From: an uncultured delta proteobacterium | GTDB taxonomy: Bacteria > Desulfobacterota > Binatia > UBA9968 | Length of the DNA stretch: 25,602 bases | Direction of reading: 5' to 3' | NCBI GenBank assembly: GCA_963816145.1 | Contig: CAWFJP010000025.1 | Coordinates: 1-25,602 of the forward strand | Shown here: positions 17,754 through 25,602 of the stretch, in pieces | Layout of the letters: the number at the start of each line of letters is the position of its first letter | Position numbering within the stretch: position 1 is the stretch's first letter | Notes under the pieces: generated by a model | Told to the model about the DNA's origin: nothing | Seen by the model: the letters and a program-made list of their open reading frames with translations, nothing else | The model's database searches: none | Made by a program: the position numbers and the translations under genes

Positions 17754-17828
17754 TTCTCCTCCTCATGGACATCGCTACGACATCGCCGCTGACGTTCTTG
17801 CGCCAGACATTATGGGTGCGACGTGAGA

Positions 17829-17857
17829 ACTCTATCGCCGCACCCGCCGGTTTACAA
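17829..17857 (-). promoter_or_regulatory. Putative sigma-70 promoter of the MBL-fold gene
   Basis: Minus strand TTGTAA-17 nt-TAGAGT. Confidence 0.45.
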
Positions 17858-17869
17858 CAAAGTCGAATC

Positions 17870-18262
17870 TTAGGAAGAGCAGCCCTTGCAGGTGCCGTAG
17901 AAGGCCAAGTGATGCGATGTCACGGTGAAGCCCTCCTCGGGAAGCTTTGCCGGCCGGATATCCCGATGGCTTTCGACGATCACATCGAAGACACGTTCGC
18001 AAACTTCGCAGATGAAATGCTGATGGCGCTGCACCAGCGGATCAAAATGTTGGGAGCGGCCGAGCATCAAGACTTGCAGTCTTTTTAAGGCAACCAGCTT
18101 TTGTAAGTTACGATATACCGTTCCGAGGCTGATGTTCGGCAACTTGCGCCGTACGCGATCATAGACTTGATCCGCGGTAGGATGAGACTTATCGTCTTTG
18201 ATGGCCTGCCAAACCATCGCCAATTGCCTGGTATTCCGCGCCGGCTTTTGGGTTGACGCCAT
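17870..18262 (-). CDS. Fur-family transcriptional regulator, PerR-like
   Basis: HPTADQVY, ISLGTVYRNL, FD...HQHFICEVC..VFD and YGTCKGC; the His/Asp ligand pattern matches PerR. Start ATG 18262, 2 nt after the DUF3501 stop. Confidence 0.92.
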   Translation of the reverse strand: MASTQKPARNTRQLAMVWQAIKDDKSHPTADQVYDRVRRKLPNISLGTVYRNLQKLVALKRLQVLMLGRSQHFDPLVQRHQHFICEVCERVFDVIVESHRDIRPAKLPEEGFTVTSHHLAFYGTCKGCSS

Positions 18263-18264
18263 CA

Positions 18265-18840
18265 CTAATCCGCCAAATCCTGCGCCAACGACTCCTGCAC
18301 TGCGGCGCAAAGAACTTTGCTGGCACGGTAGTTCGTATGGTCGATAACAATCTCAGCCGGCACGCCCGCGATGAAGGCTTGTCGGGCTTCCGCGCTGAAC
18401 ACAAACCGCACATATTGGACCGCGCTGATCTTATCCTCTTTGCTTCGCCCCTCTTCGAACCGCCCAGGAATTCGCTGTTCGCCAACTTTAAACATCAAGG
18501 CTTCGTCAATGCCGAGGAATTTCAGCAGCTCGTCGCGCAGGTGGGTTTGATCCTCAATCTCGATGAAAAGCGTCGCGCTCAGTTCGCCGGGGTTGGGAAT
18601 CAGCTCGTTGTAAACGGAAATTTCTTCGCGAATTTTATCGAGGTCGGTGATCCGTTCGGCGCGCAACATCTCTTGGATCTGAAAGATCACCGTGTCGCGG
18701 TTTTCGAATACCAGGGAAATATTCCGGCCCACCGCTACCCGGCGGAGCTTTTTCTTTTCGATGATCTCCCGGCGGAACTGCTCGCGCACATTTTCGTAGG
18801 CGGCAAATCCCAATATATCGTCAAGGGCAATTTTTTTCAT
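18265..18840 (-). CDS. DUF3501 family protein
   Basis: KK.RRVAVG, FENRDTV.FQIQEMLRAE, YNELIP, SATLFIE, SAVQYVRF; adjacent to rubrerythrin. Start at ATG 18840 (MKKIALDD). Confidence 0.9.
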   Translation of the reverse strand: MKKIALDDILGFAAYENVREQFRREIIEKKKLRRVAVGRNISLVFENRDTVIFQIQEMLRAERITDLDKIREEISVYNELIPNPGELSATLFIEIEDQTHLRDELLKFLGIDEALMFKVGEQRIPGRFEEGRSKEDKISAVQYVRFVFSAEARQAFIAGVPAEIVIDHTNYRASKVLCAAVQESLAQDLAD

Positions 18841-18857
18841 GAGTGGCAAATGCAACA

Positions 18858-18894
18858 GCGGCGGGTAGTTGAATGGCTTCGCGCTACCCGCCGC
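18858..18894. repeat. 11-bp perfect inverted repeat between rubrerythrin and DUF3501
   Basis: GCGGCGGGTAG-15 nt-CTACCCGCCGC. Confidence 0.8.
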
Positions 18895-18918
18895 CGTCAT
18901 CATTGACTAAGCTAGGTA

Positions 18919-19344
18919 CTAACTGCCGAGAGTATCGAGACCCTTGGCGAAGCGTCCGGCGTGAGACTTTTCCGCCTTGGCCAAAGTTTCAAACCATTCG
19001 GCCAATTCGGGCAACCCCTCGTCGCGCGCGGTCTTGGCAAAGCCCGGATACATTTCGGTGTATTCGTAGGTTTCGCCTTCCACCGCCGACTTCAGATTTT
19101 TCGCCGTGGTGCCGATTGCTACGCCGGTGCACGGATCGCCCACTTCTTTGAGAAAGTCGAGATGCCCAAAGGCGTGACCGGTCTCCGCCTCCGAGGTATC
19201 GCGGAACAAACCACCGACATCAGGGTACCCTTCGATATCCGCCACCCGTGCGAAATAAAGGTAACGCCGATTGGCCTGAGACTCACCCGCAAAGGCGCCC
19301 TTCAGGTTCTCGTGAGACTTGGTGCCAGCTAAACTTTTTGCCAT
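18919..19344 (-). CDS. Rubrerythrin, short aerobic type without rubredoxin domain
   Basis: [31 protein letters not shown] diiron motifs; no CxxC tail; RBS AGGAGG before ATG 19344. Confidence 0.95.
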   Translation of the reverse strand: MAKSLAGTKSHENLKGAFAGESQANRRYLYFARVADIEGYPDVGGLFRDTSEAETGHAFGHLDFLKEVGDPCTGVAIGTTAKNLKSAVEGETYEYTEMYPGFAKTARDEGLPELAEWFETLAKAEKSHAGRFAKGLDTLGS

Positions 19345-19364
19345 AAAGCTTCCTCCTGTTAATT

Positions 19365-19383
19365 GATAATGATTACTATTATG
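19365..19383 (-). promoter_or_regulatory. Fur/PerR-type operator box
   Basis: Minus strand CATAATAGTAATCATTATC matches the Fur consensus GATAATGATAATCATTATC at 16/19, just upstream of the rubrerythrin RBS and downstream of a TTGACT hexamer. Confidence 0.8.
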
Positions 19384-19452
19384 AAGTGAATCATCGCAAG
19401 TCAAGAAAGCTCGTTACTTTTTTTAGCGATTCGACTCTGATATTTTCAGCTG

Positions 19453-19797
19453 ATGGAAAATCCGGAACCGACCGCCACCATCGCCATCGACGATTTCAAA
19501 AAGATCGAGCTGAAAGTAGCGACAATTACCGCCGCCGAGCCTCATCCCAACGCCGATAAACTGCTGGTGCTGCAAATCGATCTCGGCACCGAACAGCGGC
19601 AAATCTGCGCCGGCATCAGAAGCCACTATACGCCGGAACAACTGGTCGGCAAACAGATTGTCGTCGTCGCCAACCTGGCCACCGCCAAACTGCGCGGCAT
19701 GGAGAGCCAAGGCATGCTGCTCGCCGCCTCCAGCGGCGACCAGGTGATCGTCTTGACACCGGACAAACCGGCGCTTGCCGGTTCGAAAGTAAAATAA
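19453..19797 (+). CDS. Stand-alone tRNA-binding OB-fold protein (MetRS C-terminal / Trbp111 / CsaA family)
   Basis: IDDFKKIELKV, HPNADKLL, RQICAGIR, VANL..AKLRG.ESQGMLLAA. Confidence 0.92.
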   Translation: MENPEPTATIAIDDFKKIELKVATITAAEPHPNADKLLVLQIDLGTEQRQICAGIRSHYTPEQLVGKQIVVVANLATAKLRGMESQGMLLAASSGDQVIVLTPDKPALAGSKVK

Positions 19798-19822
19798 GCC
19801 CATCGAGAAAACCGCGTCCTCC

Positions 19823-20956
19823 ATGACCATCACCCCGCCAGGGCGGCCCACCTTCTGCGTCATCGATCATCGCGCCTTGCGCTGGAACTTGAAACAAGTT
19901 CGCACGCTGGTCGGTGCGCGGGTGAAAATCCTGGCCATGGTGAAAGCCAACGGTTACGGCCATGGCGCCGTCGCCGTGGCAAAAACTCTTGCTGCGGCCG
20001 GCGCTGACGCTTTCGGCGTCGCCACGGTCGAAGAAGGGATCGAACTCAGGCGGGCGCGCATCAGGCAACCGATCCTGGTGCTCGCCGGTGTTTACCTCGA
20101 ACAACTGCCGCAGTTTTTGCAATACCAGCTAACGCCGGTGGTCCATGAAGTCGCGACCTTAAAGGCTTTAGCCAGTCGACTACTAAAGCTAAAAACGACG
20201 CTGCCGATCGAAATCGAAGTCGATACCGGCATGGGGCGCATTGGTTTTCCGGCGGGGGGAATCGACGCTTGGTTGCCGGCGCTCGCCAAGCTCAAAGCGG
20301 TCAAGCTCCAAGGAGTGTTTTCCCATTTTGCCGACGCCGAGAGCCCAAACGAACGATATACCCAGAAACAGCTCACGCGTTTCCACCATGTCTTAGAGCG
20401 TTTCGCACAAGCCAGCGTCATGCATCGAACCAGCCACATGTCCAAAAGCGCGGCGCTCATCACCGAACCGAATGCGCATTTTGCCATGGTGCGGCCGGGG
20501 CTGATTCTTTACGGCATGTATCCGGCACCTGCGCTCAAGAAGCAGATCGATCTCAAACCGGTGCTGAGTTGGCAAACCCGCATCATCCAATTGAAGCGCG
20601 TTGCCGCGGGCACCAGCATCGGCTATGGCCGGACCTTCGTGGCGAAACGAAACAGCCTGATCGCTACTTTACCAGTGGGCTACGCCGACGGTTACCGCCG
20701 GCTTTTTTCCAACCGCGCGCAAGTCTTGGTGCGCGGTAAACGCGCGCCGGTAGCCGGTAGAGTGAGCATGGATTTGACTACCATCGATGTTACCGATATT
20801 AGAAATGTCCAGCAGGGAGACGAGGTTGTTCTCCTCGGCTATCATGGCAGCGCTGAAATTGGCGCAGACGAGATCGCCGGCTGGGCAAACACGATCTCTT
20901 ACGAGATTTTCACTTCCATCAGCGCTCGAGTTCCCCGCATTCACAAAAATATCTAG
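19823..20956 (+). CDS. alr: Alanine racemase
   Basis: AMVKANGYGHG (PLP lysine), DTGMGRIG, SHFA.A, VRPG..LYG, IGYG, GYADGY, GRVSMD, TISYE. Confidence 0.95.
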   Translation: MTITPPGRPTFCVIDHRALRWNLKQVRTLVGARVKILAMVKANGYGHGAVAVAKTLAAAGADAFGVATVEEGIELRRARIRQPILVLAGVYLEQLPQFLQYQLTPVVHEVATLKALASRLLKLKTTLPIEIEVDTGMGRIGFPAGGIDAWLPALAKLKAVKLQGVFSHFADAESPNERYTQKQLTRFHHVLERFAQASVMHRTSHMSKSAALITEPNAHFAMVRPGLILYGMYPAPALKKQIDLKPVLSWQTRIIQLKRVAAGTSIGYGRTFVAKRNSLIATLPVGYADGYRRLFSNRAQVLVRGKRAPVAGRVSMDLTTIDVTDIRNVQQGDEVVLLGYHGSAEIGADEIAGWANTISYEIFTSISARVPRIHKNI

Positions 20957-20970
20957 GAGGACTACCGGCA

Positions 20971-22545
20971 GTGGGCAAGATTGAAAGAGCCCTTATCAGC
21001 GTTTCCGACAAACAAGGCATTGTCGAATTTTCCCGCGCCCTCGCGGCCATGGGGGTCGAATTGGTCTCTACTGGCGGCACCGCGACGCTGCTGCGCGATA
21101 ACAAAATCCCCGTCAAGGATGTTGCCGATCTCACCGGCTTCCCGGAAATGATGGACGGCCGGGTCAAAACCCTGCATCCGAAAATTCATGGCGCCATCCT
21201 GGCGCTGCGCGACAATCCCGAACATGTCGCCAAGATAAAAGAGCATGGCATCCAGCCCATCGATTTGGTCGTGGTAAATCTCTATCCCTTCGAAGCCACC
21301 GTCGCTCGTGGCGCGGCCTTCGAAGAAGTCGTTGAAAACATCGACATAGGCGGCCCGAGCATGGTGCGCGCCGCAGCGAAAAACCATCAGCATGTCGGCG
21401 TCGTCGTCGATCCGGCGGATTACGATTCGATTCTTGCCGAATTAAAGGCCAATAACGGCGCGCTCCTGCCGGCAACTCACTTCCGGCTCTTCTGCAAGGC
21501 GTTCCAGCACACCGCCCACTACGACGGCGCCATCTCCAACTATTTTTCTTCGCTGGACCAAGACAAGAAACCGCAGCGCTGGGGCCAAACGGTCAACATC
21601 CAAGTGAGCAAGCTCCAGGACATGCGCTACGGTGAGAATCCCCATCAGAGCGCGGCCTTCTACGGCACCACGGGCGATGCTGGCCCATCGATCTCGCGGG
21701 CCAAACAGTTCCAAGGCAAGGAACTGTCGTTCAACAACATCCTTGATGCCGACGCGGCGTTGAGCACGGTGTTGGAATTCTCCGATATCGCCACCGTCGC
21801 CATCAAGCACAACAACCCTTGCGGCGTCGCCCTGTCGACAAAATCCCTCGCCGACTCGTTTCGCAAAGCCAAGGCCTGCGATCCGGTTTCGATCTTTGGC
21901 GGCGTTTTGGCCTTTAACCGGCCGGTGGACGAAGAGACCGCGCTGGAGCTCAAAGAGATTTTTCTCGAAATCGTCATCGCTCCGAGCTTTACCCCGCAAG
22001 CCAAGTCCGTGCTGTCGTCGCAGAAGCGCCTGCTGAACATCCGCTTGCTCGAATGTGACATGAGCCAGCCGCAGACTGGCGGTTACGACCTGCGGCGCGT
22101 GCGCGGCGGCATGCTGATCCAAGATTGGGACACCGGCAAGATCGATGTGCGCGCCTGCAAGGTCGTCACCGAACGAAAGCCCACCGACGACGAGTACCGC
22201 GCCCTCGACTTCGCCTGGCGCGTCTGCCGTCATGTAAAATCGAACACGATAGTTTTCGCGTCCCCCGACCAGGTGCTCGGCGTCGGCGCCGGCCAGATGA
22301 GCCGCATCGACTCGACCAAAATCGCCGTGCTGCGCGCCGCCACCCATGGACTCGATCTCAAAGGCTCGGCGGTGGCATCCGACGCATTTTATCCATTTCG
22401 CGACGGCCTCGACGAAGCCGCCAAAGGCGGCGCCAAATCGATCATCCAGCCCGGCGGCTCGATCAAAGATGAAGAAGTCATCGCCGCCGCCAACGAACAT
22501 GGCATCGCCATGATCTTCACCGGCATGAGGCATTTTAGGCATTAG
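20971..22545 (+). CDS. purH: Bifunctional AICAR transformylase / IMP cyclohydrolase
   Basis: [56 protein letters not shown], terminal RHFRH. Confidence 0.98.
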   Translation: MGKIERALISVSDKQGIVEFSRALAAMGVELVSTGGTATLLRDNKIPVKDVADLTGFPEMMDGRVKTLHPKIHGAILALRDNPEHVAKIKEHGIQPIDLVVVNLYPFEATVARGAAFEEVVENIDIGGPSMVRAAAKNHQHVGVVVDPADYDSILAELKANNGALLPATHFRLFCKAFQHTAHYDGAISNYFSSLDQDKKPQRWGQTVNIQVSKLQDMRYGENPHQSAAFYGTTGDAGPSISRAKQFQGKELSFNNILDADAALSTVLEFSDIATVAIKHNNPCGVALSTKSLADSFRKAKACDPVSIFGGVLAFNRPVDEETALELKEIFLEIVIAPSFTPQAKSVLSSQKRLLNIRLLECDMSQPQTGGYDLRRVRGGMLIQDWDTGKIDVRACKVVTERKPTDDEYRALDFAWRVCRHVKSNTIVFASPDQVLGVGAGQMSRIDSTKIAVLRAATHGLDLKGSAVASDAFYPFRDGLDEAAKGGAKSIIQPGGSIKDEEVIAAANEHGIAMIFTGMRHFRH

Positions 22546-22551
22546 GCCGTT

Positions 22552-22560
22552 GATCAATGA
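22552..22560 (+). repeat. 9-bp direct repeat, left copy (GATCAATGA)
   Basis: Identical 9-mer at 24556-24564; the pair brackets the helicase gene. Confidence 0.55.
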
Positions 22561-22614
22561 CGGAGAATGGATGATCGCTATCTTCTAGCGCCGGTCCTCC
22601 AACCTCGACTGCTT

Positions 22615-24564
22615 ATGACTCAATCTCAGGCGCTGTCGATATTACAAACCGGCGCGAACGTCTTTTTGACCGGCGAGCCCGGTTCTGGCAAGACCTATAC
22701 AATCAACGAGTATGTCGCATACTTGTATGCGCGGGGAATCGAACCGGCGATCACCGCCTCCACCGGCATCGCCGCCACGCACATTGGCGGGATGACCATT
22801 CATTCTTGGAGCGGCGTAGGGATAAAAACCAAACTAAACCAGAACGACCTTAATAAAATCGCGTCAAACGAACATATCGCAAAGCGCGTCCGGCGCACCA
22901 AAGTTCTTATCATCGACGAAGTCTCCATGCTTGCGCCGCAAACCCTCTCAATGATCGATGCTATTTGCCGCGAAATCAAACAGAGTTCAGACCCGTTCGG
23001 AGCTATTCAAATCGTCTTGGTCGGCGATTTTTTTCAACTGCCGCCGATTGTCAAGACCGAAGTAGAAACCGATTCGCAAATCATGTTTAGCGAGGAGCCG
23101 TCAGCCCGTTTCGCTTATGATTCTCCCGCGTGGGCACGGTCAAACCCCGTCGTCTGCTATCTCACCGAGCAACACCGCCAAGATGACAGTGACTTTCTTG
23201 CCGTACTCTCGGCCATTCGCCACAACGCTTTCACTAGCGATCACCTAGGTCGCATTGAAAGCAGAAAGATCGCGCCACATGCCGCGCCCACTGGCGCGCC
23301 GAAACTCTATTCACACAATATCGACGTGGATTGCGTCAATGACAAAATACTCGCCAAACTTTCCGGCCCTTCGCATGTCTTTGCCATGTCCTCAGAAGGT
23401 CCGGAGGCGCTCGTTGCGTCGCTCAAAAAAAGTTGTATTTCGCCCGAGACGCTTTGCCTTAAAGTCGGCGCAGCGGTAATGTTCACAAAGAATAATCCGC
23501 AGGAAGGATTCGTCAACGGTACGCTCGGCACGGTTGAAGGATTCGCGAAGCAAGATGGTAATCCGGTCATTAAAACTCGCAGCGGAAGAAACATTGCGGT
23601 TGAGCCGATGGATTGGGCGATGGAAGAGAACGGCGCGATTCGCGCGCGCATTTCCCAATTGCCGCTCCGGCTTGCTTGGGCCATAACGGTGCATAAGAGC
23701 CAAGGAATGAGCCTGGACGAGGCTGTAGTGGATTTAAGCGCGGTTTTTGAGTTCGGCCAAGGTTATGTCGCGCTCACACGCGTCAGGCGGCTATCCGGTC
23801 TGCATTTGCTCGGTTGGAACCAGCGCGCGTTTCAGGTGCATCCCGACGTAGCGGCAAAAGATGTGAAATTCCGCGCCGAGTCGGAAGAAGCGGCACGCAG
23901 GTTCGGCGCCATGGCGGGGGATGAGACCATGGTAATGCAGGAGCAGTTCGTTCATGACTGCGGCGGGAAGATCCTCTCCCGGCCCCGCCCTGGAGCGCCG
24001 CAAGTGTTGCACGGTCCGCGTCCGGCCAACAATCCTAGCAAAGCACGACGAGTGCGGCGTTGGCAGCACACGCTCACACTAATTCAGTCGGGCAAGTCGC
24101 TCGCCGCGGTTGCGGCAATATCCGGGCGGACGGAAGGGATCATTTTGCAGCATCTAGAATCCCTTCGCCGACTTGGCAAACTCCCGGCACAAGACGTCGC
24201 CCACCTGGCGCAAGGTTGCGAGCCGGCGATCGCCGAGATTCATGCCGCGTTTCGCGAACTTGGCACCCTCAAGCTCGCGCCGGTCTATGAAAAGTTTGGC
24301 GGTGCGCATTCATACGATCGCTTGAGGCTCGCCCGCATGATGCTCGATGATCCAGCCATAGCGAAAAATCCTCCACCGACTGGTTTTGATAAGGTCAGAG
24401 AAATTCATCCAAGTGCCTATATGCCCTGGGATCCGCTTCAAGACGAGAAATTGCGGCAACTCTTTGCTAAAGGTTTATCGGTCGATGACCTCGCAAAAAT
24501 TTTCAGCAGAACCAAGGGCGTCATCCGAGCGCGCCTTGCCAAGTTGGAGCTTTCCGATCAATGA
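22615..24564 (+). CDS. Pif1-family (SF1B) DNA helicase with C-terminal HTH domains
   Basis: FLTGEPGSGKT, TASTGIAA, TIHSWSG, IIDEVSM, FGAIQIVLVGDFFQLPP, LTEQHRQ, QLPLRLAWAITVHKSQGMSLD, GQGYVALTR. Likely start ATG 22615 (MTQSQAL); alternative 22567. Confidence 0.93.
   Translation: MTQSQALSILQTGANVFLTGEPGSGKTYTINEYVAYLYARGIEPAITASTGIAATHIGGMTIHSWSGVGIKTKLNQNDLNKIASNEHIAKRVRRTKVLIIDEVSMLAPQTLSMIDAICREIKQSSDPFGAIQIVLVGDFFQLPPIVKTEVETDSQIMFSEEPSARFAYDSPAWARSNPVVCYLTEQHRQDDSDFLAVLSAIRHNAFTSDHLGRIESRKIAPHAAPTGAPKLYSHNIDVDCVNDKILAKLSGPSHVFAMSSEGPEALVASLKKSCISPETLCLKVGAAVMFTKNNPQEGFVNGTLGTVEGFAKQDGNPVIKTRSGRNIAVEPMDWAMEENGAIRARISQLPLRLAWAITVHKSQGMSLDEAVVDLSAVFEFGQGYVALTRVRRLSGLHLLGWNQRAFQVHPDVAAKDVKFRAESEEAARRFGAMAGDETMVMQEQFVHDCGGKILSRPRPGAPQVLHGPRPANNPSKARRVRRWQHTLTLIQSGKSLAAVAAISGRTEGIILQHLESLRRLGKLPAQDVAHLAQGCEPAIAEIHAAFRELGTLKLAPVYEKFGGAHSYDRLRLARMMLDDPAIAKNPPPTGFDKVREIHPSAYMPWDPLQDEKLRQLFAKGLSVDDLAKIFSRTKGVIRARLAKLELSDQ
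24556..24564 (+). repeat. 9-bp direct repeat, right copy (GATCAATGA), includes the helicase stop codon
   Basis: Identical to 22552-22560. Confidence 0.55.
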
Positions 24565-24646
24565 TTGAAACCAATAATAAGGATACGGTGTAAGTTTAAC
24601 CTTTCTCCGGAGTTTTTACTTTTTAAATTTGCCATTTTGATTTCTT

Positions 24647-25602
24647 ATGAAACTCCTTGTCATCGGCAGCGGCGGCCGCGAACACGCGCTGGTCTGGAAG
24701 CTCAGCCAAAGCCCGCGCGTGACGAAAATATTCTGCGCACCGGGCAGTGCCGCCATCGGCGAGTTAGCCGAATGCGTAGCGATCAACCCAGAGCATCTGG
24801 ATCGTCTCGCCGAGTTCGCAGAAAGAGAACGGATCGACCTCACCGTCGTTGGCCCGGAGTTGCCGCTGACACTCGGCATTGTCGATCTTTTTGAATCGCG
24901 CGGTCTGAGAATTTTCGGGCCAAACAAAGCCGCCGCCCAACTCGAAGGCAGCAAAGCCTTCACCAAGGAAATTCTTCACGCCAACGGAATTCCAACCGCC
25001 GCCTTCGCGACATTCACCGACGCGGCAGCCGCCAAGCAATATTTGGCGCGACAAAAATCGCCCTACGTCGTCAAAGCCGACGGCCTCGCCGCCGGCAAGG
25101 GCGTGTTGATCTGCGCCACTCTGACCGAAGCGGAAGCCGCCATCGATGAAATTCTCGTCCGCAAAAGTTTCGGCGCCGCCGGCAACAAAGTCGTCATCGA
25201 AGAATTTCTCGCCGGCGAAGAGGCCTCGTTCATGGCGCTGACCGACGGCGAACATTTGCTGCCGCTGGCTACGTCGCAGGATCACAAGCGGGTCTTCGAC
25301 AACGATCAAGGGCCCAATACCGGCGGCATGGGCGCCTACTCGCCCGCCCCGGTCGTCACCGCGGAGGTCCATGCCCGGATTCTTCGCGAAATACTGCTGC
25401 CGCTCCTCAACGGTCTGAAGCGGCAAAACATCCGCTATCGCGGCCTGATTTATGCCGGCTTGATGATTACCAAGGGTGGGCCGAAGGTCATCGAATTCAA
25501 CGCCCGCTTCGGCGATCCCGAATGCCAGCCGATCATGATGCGGCTCAAAAGCGATTTGTTGCCGCTGCTCGAAGCAACCATCGACGGCAAACTCGATCAG
25601 GT
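24647..25602 (+). CDS. purD: Phosphoribosylamine--glycine ligase (3' end beyond the window)
   Basis: Not in the ORF track because it has no stop here. It reads MKLLVIGSGGREHAL, VVGPE.PL, AAQLEGSKAF, VVKADGLAAGKGV, EEFLAGEEAS, QDHKR, GPNTGGMGAY, EFNARFGDPE. Confidence 0.97.
   Translation, partial: MKLLVIGSGGREHALVWKLSQSPRVTKIFCAPGSAAIGELAECVAINPEHLDRLAEFAERERIDLTVVGPELPLTLGIVDLFESRGLRIFGPNKAAAQLEGSKAFTKEILHANGIPTAAFATFTDAAAAKQYLARQKSPYVVKADGLAAGKGVLICATLTEAEAAIDEILVRKSFGAAGNKVVIEEFLAGEEASFMALTDGEHLLPLATSQDHKRVFDNDQGPNTGGMGAYSPAPVVTAEVHARILREILLPLLNGLKRQNIRYRGLIYAGLMITKGGPKVIEFNARFGDPECQPIMMRLKSDLLPLLEATIDGKLDQ

Noticed and set aside
17768-17786. Short tandem GACATCGC duplication upstream of the MBL-fold gene
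   Set aside because: Only two 8-bp copies; compatible with chance.
18253-18906. 217-aa plus ORF
   Set aside because: Antisense shadow of DUF3501.
21442-22557. 371-aa minus ORF
   Set aside because: Antisense shadow of purH expected from strong GC3 bias.
24565-25426. 109-, 116- and 220-aa ORFs after the helicase
   Set aside because: Off-frame or antisense to purD, which is the real gene from 24647.

Overview
Bacterial chromosomal window, moderately GC-rich; the core genes look deltaproteobacterial/Candidatus Binatia-like, which is an impression and not tested. (1) 1-13143 is a surface-glycan locus, mostly on the minus strand. It holds a GT-C membrane glycosyltransferase, a polyprenol-phosphate GT2, a SAM methyltransferase, three GT4s and Wzm. 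It also holds a Wzt ATPase fused to a Wzt_C module, a sulfotransferase and a coiled coil, then a HAD + PRTase-like protein resembling dual-domain ribofuranosyltransferases, and probably the start of a second sulfotransferase at the left edge. (2) 13345-17753 has small accessory and core genes: a GST with a stand-alone lipoyl domain, a small CxxC protein, DUF1232, dksA-galU-tRNA-Ala(CGC), and a Tat-signal MBL-fold protein with degenerate metal ligands. (3) 17870-19404 is a rubrerythrin-DUF3501-PerR/Fur oxidative-stress unit with a clear Fur-type box. (4) 19453-25602 has a tRNA-binding protein, alr, purH, an inserted Pif1-family helicase flanked by a 9-bp direct repeat, and the 5' part of purD. 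The best candidate for a novel system is an ABC glycan exporter that carries its own sulfotransferase and coiled coil (possible sulfate cap-and-export of a ribofuranose-containing glycan). No CRISPR, rRNA, transposase or integrase was seen.
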